Assembly: GCA_025998755.1 (NCBI GenBank)
Contig: AP024674.1
Coordinates: 1,936,162-2,000,161, forward strand
Length of the DNA: 64,000 bases
Direction: 5' to 3'
DNA from: Armatimonadota bacterium
GTDB taxonomy: Bacteria; Armatimonadota; UBA5829; DSUL01
Shown here: piece by piece, positions 10,261 through 19,648 of the stretch
How the letters are laid out: each line of letters opens with the position of its first letter
How positions within the stretch are numbered: position 1 is the stretch's first letter
Notes under the pieces: generated by a model
The model's database searches: none
The model's input: only the letters and a program-made list of their open reading frames with translations
What the model was told of the DNA's origin: nothing
Made by a program: the position numbers and the translations under genes

Positions 10261-12600
10261 TCATTCCGCCAGGATGCCTTCCTCATCCCGCTTGCCGGAA
10301 AGGATGAGTCCCAGAAGCCGCAGCGCGCCCGCTTTGTCCAGCGGTTCGTTCCCACTGCCGCACTTGGGCGAGTGAATGCAGGACGGGCATCCGTCCTCAC
10401 ACGGGCAATCGCGCAGAAGCTCTAGGGTCTCCGTCAGCAGATCCTTCAGCCTCAGATAGCACGCGCTTGCGATACCCACACCGCCAGGATACGCGTCGTA
10501 GATGAACACCGTCGCCAGTCCTCCGGAGTCCAGATGATAGGGATGCGAGATACCCCCCACATCCCACCGGTCACAGGATGCCACCAGCGGTGTCAACCCA
10601 ATGGCAGCGTGCTCGATGGCATGGATGCTGCCCATCAGGTCGAACCCATCATCGCTGAGCCGCCGCACCAGCCGGTGAGGGACGGTGAACCAGACTCCCT
10701 CCGTCAGGAAGCTCTGCTCCGGCAGGTCCAGATCCACCACTGCCTGCACAGAATCCGAATAGAGGTCTATCTTGCGATAGGCAACCACGCGCGAGGTCAC
10801 CTCCACCCGACCGAAATGCGCGGTTGCGGCACCCAGCGGGACACTCTCCACCTCCTCGACCACTCTCAGGTCCACCTCCTCCGCCGCGCGCGTGTAATAG
10901 TTGAACTCGCCGGGCTCCACCATCGCCTCACGCGAGACAAGGTTCAGGCTGACGACGCGGTAGCTCTCCCCCTGATGCAGGTAAATGGCCCCCTCGTGCA
11001 CCTCCCGGAATGCGCGCTCCGCGTCCACTTCGCCTAGCTCCTGCCCCGAGCGGGTTACGATCCGGAAGCGCGAGGAAGAGGACGAACGGATACCTACCTG
11101 GGCCGCAGGATAGTCGTCTGGAAGATAGTAGAACCTCCCACTCCGGAAGCCGAGTTCCCCCTCCGCACACATGCGCCAGGCGAGATCCGGGGCGTTGTCT
11201 CCGAACTCCAAGAGATCCTGCTCTGTGGTGGGAAGCTCGAAGACCGCGCAGCAGATATGCGGAGCCAGGATATACTCGTTGGCCGGGTTGACCAGCACGC
11301 GCTCGTGGCCCTGTTCGAAAAAGTAAGAGGGATGGGTCATCAGATACTGGTCCAGAGGATCCTCCAGCGCCACAAGCACACTGAGAGCCTCTTCGCGCCC
11401 CCGTCCCGCGCGGCCAGCCTGCTGCCAGGCGCTGGAGATAGTCCCGGGGTAACCCACCAGCACGGTGGCGTCCAGCCTGCCGACATCCACCCCCAGCTCC
11501 ATCGCATCGGTCGAGACCACGCCGATCAGGCTCCCGTCGAATAGCTGACGCTCGATCTCGCGGCGCTCCTCTGGACGGTATCCGGCCCGGTAGGACATGA
11601 CACGCTCGCGCAACTGCGGGTCGAAATGTTCCAGCTGCTCTCTGGCATAGCGCAGAACGAGCTCCGCGCTGCGGCGCGCACGGGTGAATGTGATGTTGCG
11701 CACCCCGTCCGCCACCAGCCCGGCGAACAGCCCGGTCGCTTCGCTGTGGGCGCTGCGCCGCCTTCCGTCGTTGCCCAACACGGGCGGGTTCCAGAACACG
11801 AATTTGCGCGGCCCCCGGGGCGATCCGTCATCATCGATCACGCGCACATCCAGTCCGCTTAGGCCCCGGGCCAGCTCTTGCGGATTGGCGATGGTGGCGC
11901 TGGTGAAGATGAACTGCGGGCGGGATCCATAATGCCGGCAGATCCGCCGCAGCCTGCGCAGCACGCAACCTACGTGTGAACCGAACACCCCCCGGTACGT
12001 GTGCATCTCGTCCAGCACGACGAACTCCAGGCGGCGGAAGAAGCGCCCCCAGGCTGCGTGATGGGGAAGGATGCCCTGATGGAGCATGTCCACGTTGGAG
12101 AGCACCAGTCTGGCCGCGCGCCGGGCCGCCGCGCGATCATCCCGAGAGGTGTCACCGTCGTAGGAGCAAAGCCTAACCCTGCCGGGCAGGCGGAACTGTC
12201 TCAGCTTGCCCAGCTGATCCTGCGCGAGCGCCTTGGTGGGATAAAGATAAAGGGCTGTGGCCGAGTGGTTGGTCAGCAGCCGCTCCAGCACGGGGAGGTT
12301 GTAACAGAGAGTCTTTCCGCTGGCCGTCCCGGTCACCACAGCCACGCTCTCGCCTGCCCTCACGGCGTCCAGCGCCGCTGCCTGATGGGTGTAGAGCGAC
12401 TCGACACCTGTTTCCTGCAGGGCACGGCGGAGCAAATCGGGCAGAGGACGGGCCGGTCCGGCATACCGGGCGTCTCGGGGCGGGATGTCCTCCACGTGAA
12501 CGATCTGCCCCGAATACCCCTGCGAATGGCGGATGCGCTCGAGGAACTGGAAAGGTGTCATCCGGCGGCCTGCCCTCCGCACGATTGTGACTGCGAACAC
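10261..12600 (-). CDS. mrfA: MrfA/YprA-family DEXH-box helicase with C-terminal DUF1998 zinc-binding domain
   Basis: Matches B. subtilis YprA by motif order along its length: LYTHQ, TGTASGKTLCYNLPV, ALYLYPTKALAQDQ, DEMHTYRGVFGSHV, SATIANP, ELGVD, WQQAGRAGR. DUF1998 signature DCPCEDGCPSCIHSPKCGSGNE. Confidence 0.85.
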   Translation of the reverse strand: MFAVTIVRRAGRRMTPFQFLERIRHSQGYSGQIVHVEDIPPRDARYAGPARPLPDLLRRALQETGVESLYTHQAAALDAVRAGESVAVVTGTASGKTLCYNLPVLERLLTNHSATALYLYPTKALAQDQLGKLRQFRLPGRVRLCSYDGDTSRDDRAAARRAARLVLSNVDMLHQGILPHHAAWGRFFRRLEFVVLDEMHTYRGVFGSHVGCVLRRLRRICRHYGSRPQFIFTSATIANPQELARGLSGLDVRVIDDDGSPRGPRKFVFWNPPVLGNDGRRRSAHSEATGLFAGLVADGVRNITFTRARRSAELVLRYAREQLEHFDPQLRERVMSYRAGYRPEERREIERQLFDGSLIGVVSTDAMELGVDVGRLDATVLVGYPGTISSAWQQAGRAGRGREEALSVLVALEDPLDQYLMTHPSYFFEQGHERVLVNPANEYILAPHICCAVFELPTTEQDLLEFGDNAPDLAWRMCAEGELGFRSGRFYYLPDDYPAAQVGIRSSSSSRFRIVTRSGQELGEVDAERAFREVHEGAIYLHQGESYRVVSLNLVSREAMVEPGEFNYYTRAAEEVDLRVVEEVESVPLGAATAHFGRVEVTSRVVAYRKIDLYSDSVQAVVDLDLPEQSFLTEGVWFTVPHRLVRRLSDDGFDLMGSIHAIEHAAIGLTPLVASCDRWDVGGISHPYHLDSGGLATVFIYDAYPGGVGIASACYLRLKDLLTETLELLRDCPCEDGCPSCIHSPKCGSGNEPLDKAGALRLLGLILSGKRDEEGILAE

Positions 12601-12634
12601 GCGTTCGCGTCAAGCTGAGGATTCCCAAATTGCC

Positions 12635-12665
12635 GAACGCTCCGCTGCCAGGCAACGGAGCGTTC
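12635..12665 (-). terminator. perfect 10-bp stem hairpin downstream of nusG
   Basis: gaacgctccg-(11 nt loop)-cggagcgttc, 28 nt after the nusG stop; only a weak U-run on the minus strand. Confidence 0.35.
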
Positions 12666-12692
12666 CGCGCAATCCTTCAGAAAGCCGATTGG

Positions 12693-13217
12693 CTACAGGC
12701 GTTCAATCTGGCTGAACTCCAGCTCCACCGGGGTGTCCCGACCGAAGATGGAGATCAGCACCTTGACTGTCTCCTTCGGGACGTTCACGTCCTCTATCTT
12801 GCCGGTGAACTCCGCGAAGGGACCGCTGACCACGCGGACCACATCCCCCACCGCCCACTTGACGCGCGGAGGCTGCTTGGGTCCGTCCACCGCCTGAAGG
12901 ATGCCCTCGATCTCCCGATCCTGCATCGGCACCGGCTTGTTCCCGGAAGAAACGAAGCCGGTGACGCCGGCCGTGCTCTTCACCAGGTGCCAGGTGGTCT
13001 CATCCAGCACCATCTCGATGAGCACATATCCCGGGAAGATCTTGCGCTGAACTTCCGTTCGCTTGCCGCCGCGCGTGCGAAGCTCCGGCTCCGTGGGGAC
13101 AAGGATCCTGGAGATCTTGTCCTTCAGGTTGAGCGACTCAGCCCGGCGCTCGATGCTCGTCTTGACTTTGTTTTCGTGGCCCGCGTATGTATGAACCGCG
13201 TACCAGTGCTTTTCCAT
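12693..13217 (-). CDS. nusG: transcription termination/antitermination factor NusG
   Basis: NGN domain WYAVHTYAGHENKV; KOW motif GDVVRVVSGPFAEFTGKIEDV. Confidence 0.9.
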   Translation of the reverse strand: MEKHWYAVHTYAGHENKVKTSIERRAESLNLKDKISRILVPTEPELRTRGGKRTEVQRKIFPGYVLIEMVLDETTWHLVKSTAGVTGFVSSGNKPVPMQDREIEGILQAVDGPKQPPRVKWAVGDVVRVVSGPFAEFTGKIEDVNVPKETVKVLISIFGRDTPVELEFSQIERL

Positions 13218-13265
13218 TCCTGAGTCAGTGCTCCGCGCCGCCTGCTCCCGCCCTGCGGCAGGGCA

Positions 13266-13499
13266 TCAGCGGCCCAGTCCGAAGAGCGTCTTCGTGATGT
13301 AGGCCAGGATTGAATCTACTATGTATACGTAGAGAGTCACGAAAATGACGCCGGCGAAGACGGCCGTCGTCAATCTCCGGATGTCCTCCCACGACGGCCA
13401 GGTCGCCCTGCGGGTCTCCGCATAGGATTCCTTCAGGTAGTTCACCGCCTTCGTGAAGATCGAGGGCTCCCGCCTGGCCGTAGCCATCTTAGTCGCCAT
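13266..13499 (-). CDS. secE: preprotein translocase subunit SecE
   Basis: 77 aa; ...VNYLKESYAETRRATWPSWEDI... followed by a single TM helix. Canonical position between tRNA-Trp and nusG. Confidence 0.85.
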   Translation of the reverse strand: MATKMATARREPSIFTKAVNYLKESYAETRRATWPSWEDIRRLTTAVFAGVIFVTLYVYIVDSILAYITKTLFGLGR

Positions 13500-13538
13500 G
13501 CCTTGATGTATCCTGTGTCAGTCGCCTGAAAAAGGGGA

Positions 13539-13614
13539 TGGCAGGCCCTGCCGGATTCGAACCGACGACTTCTGGTTTTGGAGACCAGCGCTCTACCAGC
13601 TGAGCTAAGGGCCT
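13539..13614 (-). tRNA. tRNA-Trp (anticodon CCA)
   Basis: Acceptor stem AGGCCCT/AGGGCCT; anticodon loop cuCCAaa; encoded CCA 3' end; T-loop GGTTCGAATCC. Confidence 0.85.
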
Positions 13615-13690
13615 GCGACTCTCCGTGGAGAGAACCTGCGCCCGGCAGACGGATGCGCCGGAGGCAGCGCGCCCGGATGAACGCGGCAAG

Positions 13691-13822
13691 CTACTTCGCC
13701 TCCCGGTGCACAGTATGTTTTCGGCACACCGGGCAATGCTTCTTAAGTTCCAGCCGCTCCGTCTGCTTGCGGCGATTCTTGGTGGTCGCATAGTTGCGCG
13801 CCCGGCACTCCGTGCACGCCAT
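13691..13822 (-). CDS. rpmG: 50S ribosomal protein L33
   Basis: [43 protein letters not shown] (43 aa, two CxxC). Below the track's 60-aa cutoff. Confidence 0.8.
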   Translation of the reverse strand: MACTECRARNYATTKNRRKQTERLELKKHCPVCRKHTVHREAK

Positions 13823-13929
13823 CGTTATGACCACCCTGATATCTGTCGCCAACGTTGTCCTCCCGACAACAGGGAATCGCTCCGCCGCCGCGCCGCAGGC
13901 CGGCGGCGGAGCAACTCAATCCCTGAACA

Positions 13930-15132
<1,203 letters not shown>

Positions 15133-15249
15133 CTCCTCTACGATCCTCCAGAAAAAGATGTCCGGGAGCAGCCCGCCCCCGCGGATTCTTTCCAGAACAA
15201 GATGGCTGCTGGACGGCCCAACCCGGCGCGTGGTGCAGAAAAATGAAAA

Positions 15250-15321
15250 AGCCCACGACGGGATTCGGACCCGTGACCTCCTCTTTACCAAAGAGGTGCG
15301 CTACCCCTGCGCCACGTGGGC
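15250..15321 (-). tRNA. tRNA-Thr (anticodon GGT)
   Basis: GCCCACG acceptor stem, GCGCAGGGGTAGCGC D-arm, loop cuuGGUaa, T-loop GGTCCGAATCC. Confidence 0.8.
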
Positions 15322-15411
15322 ATTCTTTCCGCAACCCGGCGCCGGCCCGCGGCCGCCGCAGGCTCCCGGTGCCTCGACGGGGCAGCCTGGAACGCCTGCA
15401 TTTTGACAATC

Positions 15412-15494
15412 TGGGGGGAAGAGGATTCGAACCTCTGTAGGCGTTCGCCGGCAGATTTACAGTCTGCTCCCTTTGGCCGCTCGGGCATCCCCCC
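15412..15494 (-). tRNA. tRNA-Tyr (anticodon GTA)
   Basis: GGGGGAUGCCCGAGCGGCCAAAGGG...cuGUAaa, long variable arm, T-loop GGTTCGAATCC, encoded CCA. Confidence 0.8.
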
Positions 15495-15651
15495 GCAACA
15501 GTCACTGCGCCCATGGCAGGAGCTGCCGCCCCGGCGCAGCCCTGCCGTACAGGGCAACGCCGCGCACGGCGCATTCTAGCGGAATCGCGCCGCTTCCTGC
15601 AACCTCCGCGCACGAGCGTGGGCGCGGACGGCCTCCAAAAAATAGAGTGAG

Positions 15652-15723
15652 AGCCGACGAAGGGAATCGAACCCCCAACCGGCGGTTTACAAAACCGCTG
15701 CTCTACCATTGAGCTACGTCGGC
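15652..15723 (-). tRNA. tRNA-Thr (anticodon TGT)
   Basis: GCCGACGUAGCUCAAUGGUAGAGC...uuUGUaa, T-loop GGTTCGATTCC. Confidence 0.8.
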
Positions 15724-15922
15724 ACCGCGCCAACAAAAAGCAGCCGGTCCTCTGTTCCGGCTACCACCTCCGATTATATTGGCAAGCCCGGCGGGTGTCA
15801 ACGAGGGCGATTTTCACCCGCTTACGAGCCCTTGACAGGGAGCGCCACAGGAAGTCGCGCACGCCGTTTGACTGGCTGCCGTCGCCGGTGCCTGATTGAG
15901 CCTCCGGCCTAACTCTGCCCCT

Positions 15923-16738
15923 TCAGTCCTGCAGCCCGTAAGCGCGGGCGGCCTCTGAAGGTGCCAGGCCCTCCTGCACGACGGCGCACAGGGCCCGTTG
16001 AAAGGCCGCCGGGTCCGGCACCTGGACGGCGTTGCGGCCGAACACCACACCGCGGCCGCCTCCCTGGACGATCCGCTCCGCAAGCTCCAGCGCCTGGATC
16101 TGGCGCGGAGTCTTCTCCGCCCCCAGTCCCAGAACGGGCACAGGGCAGCCCTGCGTCACCTCGTTGAAGCGTACAGTACAGTAGGTCTTGATCAGGTCGG
16201 CTCCGAGTTCCGCAAGGATGCGGCTGCCGCGCATCACTTCGTCGTGCAACTCCTCAGGGCTCAGACGGTCCGGGCGCGCGGGGAAATACTCCCCCACCAC
16301 AGGCAGGCCCAGGCGCCGCGCCTCGGCAGCCAGCCGGCAGAACAGCTCAACGTTCGCGGCGTCGCGTCCCTCATCGCCGGTCTTGAGTGTGAGACAGATC
16401 AACACGCACTCGGCTCCCAGCGCAACCGCATCCTGCGGGGAGAATGCCTCCACCGCGATCCCGGCCTCATAGTTCCAGTGAAAGCAAAAGTGGGTGCTCC
16501 AGTTCAGGCGGACCACAGCCATCGGCGCGCCTTTGACCGAGAACGCGTGCGCCGTGTGGCGCAGCATCCCCGGCGACAAAAGGATGGCCGACACGCACGG
16601 ATCGATCCTTCGGACCGTATCCCCCAGGTCCACCATTCCCGGCAGCGGCCCGTCGAACTCCCCGTGGTCCACGGCCACCACCACCGCGTTGCGGCCGCCG
16701 CTGAAAAGCCGCGCCAGCCGGATATCTCTGCCCGTCAT
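15923..16738 (-). CDS. DhnA-family class I aldolase (DeoC/LacD-type TIM barrel)
   Basis: 271 aa; DhnA-like pattern ...AVVVAVDHG..., ...VRLNWS..., ...LIKTYC..., ...VVFGRNAVQ... Confidence 0.65.
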   Translation of the reverse strand: MTGRDIRLARLFSGGRNAVVVAVDHGEFDGPLPGMVDLGDTVRRIDPCVSAILLSPGMLRHTAHAFSVKGAPMAVVRLNWSTHFCFHWNYEAGIAVEAFSPQDAVALGAECVLICLTLKTGDEGRDAANVELFCRLAAEARRLGLPVVGEYFPARPDRLSPEELHDEVMRGSRILAELGADLIKTYCTVRFNEVTQGCPVPVLGLGAEKTPRQIQALELAERIVQGGGRGVVFGRNAVQVPDPAAFQRALCAVVQEGLAPSEAARAYGLQD

Positions 16739-16772
16739 CTACCAGATCCTCTCCCCCTGTCCGAAGCCCGAT

Positions 16773-18212
16773 TCAGGCCCGGTAAAACTCCAGAGCGCGC
16801 CGGTAGGCGTCCAGATACCGCCCGTAAAACTCCCGCTCGGCCTCCACGCGTGAAGGCTGCGGTTCAACGACGCGGACAACTCGGCCCGTCCATGCGGCGG
16901 GGCACCCGCCAGCGGCCAGACGCGCGGCTCCGTAACACGCCGACTCCGCGCAGTCCAACACCTCCACCGGAAGGCCCAGGATGTCCGCAATCAGCTGCGG
17001 CCATAGGGCGCTCTTCGTAGCTCCCCCCACCATCCGCAACCGCTCCGGCCCGCCGGCCAGCGGCGCCGCCGCTTCCAGATTGCGCCGCGCCTCAAACGCC
17101 AGCCCGCGCATAACAGCAAGCTCGATGTCCGCGGCCGTGTGCGAAAGGGTCAGCCCCACGAGCGTCCCCTTTGACTCCTCCCGCCAGTCCGGACAAAGCC
17201 CCCCGTAGAGGTGGGGGATGAAGATGAGAGGGTCTTTGCCGGAATCCGCCTCTGAGGCAGCGCCATCCGCCCCGAACGTGCGCCTGACCCAGTCAAACAC
17301 CGTGCCGCCGCTGAACGGAAGCACCAGCCCCCATGCATCCGACTGCACGTGGCAACAGACGGGAAGGTTGCCCTCCGGATCCCGGGGGGGACGCAAGGCC
17401 ACGGCGTAGAGCACCCAGGCTGTCCCGCATGAGAGCACCCAGCGCCCGCCCGGCGCGGCCCCCGCCCCGTGGGCCGCGGCAGCCTGGTCGAAGGCTCCGG
17501 CCACCACCGGCGTCTTCTCCGGAAGTCCGAGCTCGGCTGCCGCATCCCGCGAGAGACAGCCGATAGGCTCCCCGGCCTCCGCCGTCTCCGGCAGGTACTC
17601 CACCAGCAGGCCCACCATCTGGGCCACTTTCCCGGACCAGCGCCTCGCAAACGGGTTGAAAAACGGGGTCCACGAAGCTGACGGCACATCCGCAACGCGC
17701 CGTCCGGTCATCCGCCATGCCAGAAAGTCCGGCACCCAGCAGACTACGCCGTCTCGCAGCGTCTCCGGTTCGTTCTCGGCCAGCCACAGCACAGCGCACG
17801 CCGAACTGTAAGGCGTCAAGCGGATCCCTGTCTCCGAATACCAGAACCGCTGATCCGCCTCCGCCAGCAGGCGGGCGCACTCCGCGGATGAGCGCGCGTC
17901 CATCCAACTGATGGCTGGCCGCAAGGGGCGTCCGCATCGGTCTGCGGCGATGAGGGTATCTCCCTGTGTGCTGAGGGCCAGTGCGGCCACACTTTCCGGC
18001 TCCCTGCCGCAGGAGCGCAACTGCTCCAGACAGCCCCGCACCACCGAGACCAGCCCCCTCCAGAAGTCCTCCGGGTCCTGCTCGGCCCAACCCTGGTGCG
18101 GATGGGACATCCCGTACGGATCCTGCGCTTCCGCCAGAATGCTGCCCTCATCATCCACGGCGAGGCACTTGGCGGAAGTCGTGCCGATGTCCGCCCCAAG
18201 GAAGATGGTCAC
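16773..18212 (-). CDS. FGGY-family carbohydrate kinase (xylulokinase/ribulokinase-like)
   Basis: N-terminal FLGADIGTTSAKCLAVD; C-terminal MVGGATKSALWPQLIADILGLPV. Probable GTG start at 18212-18210 overlapping the isomerase stop (GTGA). Confidence 0.8.
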   Translation of the reverse strand: MTIFLGADIGTTSAKCLAVDDEGSILAEAQDPYGMSHPHQGWAEQDPEDFWRGLVSVVRGCLEQLRSCGREPESVAALALSTQGDTLIAADRCGRPLRPAISWMDARSSAECARLLAEADQRFWYSETGIRLTPYSSACAVLWLAENEPETLRDGVVCWVPDFLAWRMTGRRVADVPSASWTPFFNPFARRWSGKVAQMVGLLVEYLPETAEAGEPIGCLSRDAAAELGLPEKTPVVAGAFDQAAAAHGAGAAPGGRWVLSCGTAWVLYAVALRPPRDPEGNLPVCCHVQSDAWGLVLPFSGGTVFDWVRRTFGADGAASEADSGKDPLIFIPHLYGGLCPDWREESKGTLVGLTLSHTAADIELAVMRGLAFEARRNLEAAAPLAGGPERLRMVGGATKSALWPQLIADILGLPVEVLDCAESACYGAARLAAGGCPAAWTGRVVRVVEPQPSRVEAEREFYGRYLDAYRRALEFYRA

Positions 18213-19648
18213 GCGCTCGCGATCTCCTCCACCCGCCAACGCATCATCCGGCCGAAGCTCGTAATCTCCGGGAGCACGTCGCCATACACGAGAGCAGCAT
18301 GGTGGGTGCCGCCGGCCTCGCCATAGCGCTCCAGGAAGCGTTCCACGGGGATCTCCGGCCGGATCCATCCCCGGATGGCGCCCTCCATCCGGTCCGGCTC
18401 CTCGCCGTCCACCTCCACCGGCGCAGCGATGAGCGTGAATGTCCCGTCCGGGCCGGGCGCCAGATTGGCGAATACGGCGCGACCGGGCCGGAAGCGTCCC
18501 ACGGCCACCGCCGGCGTCTCCGCGTCAATCCAGGGCATCTCCTTTGCGATCAGCCGGGCCCGGCCTTCGGCCATCTCCGGGTTCATCTCCGCCATGTGGC
18601 TCAGGAAGATGCGCCCCCCCTTCCAGTCCGGACAGAACATCTCCGTGAAGGTGGTCTCCGGAAAAACACCGGCCAGCGCGCTCACGAAGGCGGCCGTCAG
18701 GACGTCCCCCTCCCCGGCATAGCCGATGCCGCGGCTCATGGCCTTCGATGCCTCAAGGAACGGGATGGTGGGCAATCCGCACGAGCGCCGGAATTCGTCG
18801 AAGTTCATGGTAAAGGCGTCCACGCGCTCCTGTTCCAGCCAGCGACGCAGAGCGATGGAGGCGCGCGCCGTGGCCGCGTGCACGCCCTCATCCAGCCCGG
18901 ACGCATCGAAGAACTCCCTGTCCGCCTGCATCTCTGCCTGCACCGCCGGATCGTCCTGAGGAGGCAACAACCCCGGCAGATCCTCGAAACCCGCCCGGAC
19001 GATGGTCAGTCCCACCGCGCGCTTCAGATCCTGGTCCGGCACCTGGAAGTCACCCATCCCTCGGAAGGGCCTGCCAAGGGACCCCACCCGGGCCAAGCGC
19101 ATCCGCGAGGCCATCGCCGCCCCGCGGGCGTGCGCCGCGACACGTTCCAGAACGTCCGACTCCTGCCAGTGTCCCGCTTCAATGAGGAAGTCTTTACGCG
19201 AGCGCAGCAGCAGGTTGCATAGATCCTGCACGCCGTGAATGCCGTGGTTGTACATTAGCTCGCCGGGATCCTGCTGCGGGCCGTAGTCGAAAGCGGGAGT
19301 GGTATCCAACACAATGAGGGGAAGAGCCGTCCCAGCCAGCGCCTCCGCCGACTCCAGCGAGGGAGAGTATGCCAGATGCAGTGTGACGATGGCATCCGCG
19401 CCGGCGTCCTCGAAACCGCGGACGGCCTCCCGGAACTCGGACTCCAGGCGGCACACCGGCGAGCGCAACACCCGCAGGCCCCTTCCCTCCATCTCCAGTG
19501 CGATGGTCCCGTAGAACGCGTCTATCCGCCCCCGGACCTCCGGCAGCACCCGGTCGTACAACTCAAGATACAGCCCCAGGAAGCCGACGCAGGGCCGGCA
19601 TCGCGTTGCGCAGCCTTCAGGCCCGTCTCCTCGATTTATTGCGCCCAT
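18209..19648 (-). CDS. L-arabinose/L-fucose isomerase-family sugar isomerase (AraA-like)
   Basis: 479 aa; N-terminal VGFLGLYLELYD; MYNHGIHGVQDL motif. Start ATG overlaps the aminotransferase stop (TGATG). Confidence 0.6.
   Translation of the reverse strand: MGAINRGDGPEGCATRCRPCVGFLGLYLELYDRVLPEVRGRIDAFYGTIALEMEGRGLRVLRSPVCRLESEFREAVRGFEDAGADAIVTLHLAYSPSLESAEALAGTALPLIVLDTTPAFDYGPQQDPGELMYNHGIHGVQDLCNLLLRSRKDFLIEAGHWQESDVLERVAAHARGAAMASRMRLARVGSLGRPFRGMGDFQVPDQDLKRAVGLTIVRAGFEDLPGLLPPQDDPAVQAEMQADREFFDASGLDEGVHAATARASIALRRWLEQERVDAFTMNFDEFRRSCGLPTIPFLEASKAMSRGIGYAGEGDVLTAAFVSALAGVFPETTFTEMFCPDWKGGRIFLSHMAEMNPEMAEGRARLIAKEMPWIDAETPAVAVGRFRPGRAVFANLAPGPDGTFTLIAAPVEVDGEEPDRMEGAIRGWIRPEIPVERFLERYGEAGGTHHAALVYGDVLPEITSFGRMMRWRVEEIASA

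Noticed and set aside
9741-10400. Minus-strand ORFs (219 aa and 146 aa) in the gap between the DoxX gene and the helicase
   Set aside because: Pro/Ser/Arg-rich low-complexity translations with no start context; probably non-coding.
15323-15651. Looked for the expected tRNA-Gly between tRNA-Tyr and the Thr tRNAs
   Set aside because: Neither spacer contains a cloverleaf-compatible sequence (no GCGGG acceptor or T-loop GGTTCGA beyond the three tRNAs called).
15923-18212. Interpreting the aldolase + FGGY kinase as LsrF/LsrK (AI-2 processing)
   Set aside because: No LsrG/LsrACDB genes are present. The accompanying isomerase is AraA-like (~480 aa), not LsrG, and an aminotransferase leads the operon, so a sugar or amino-sugar pathway is more consistent.
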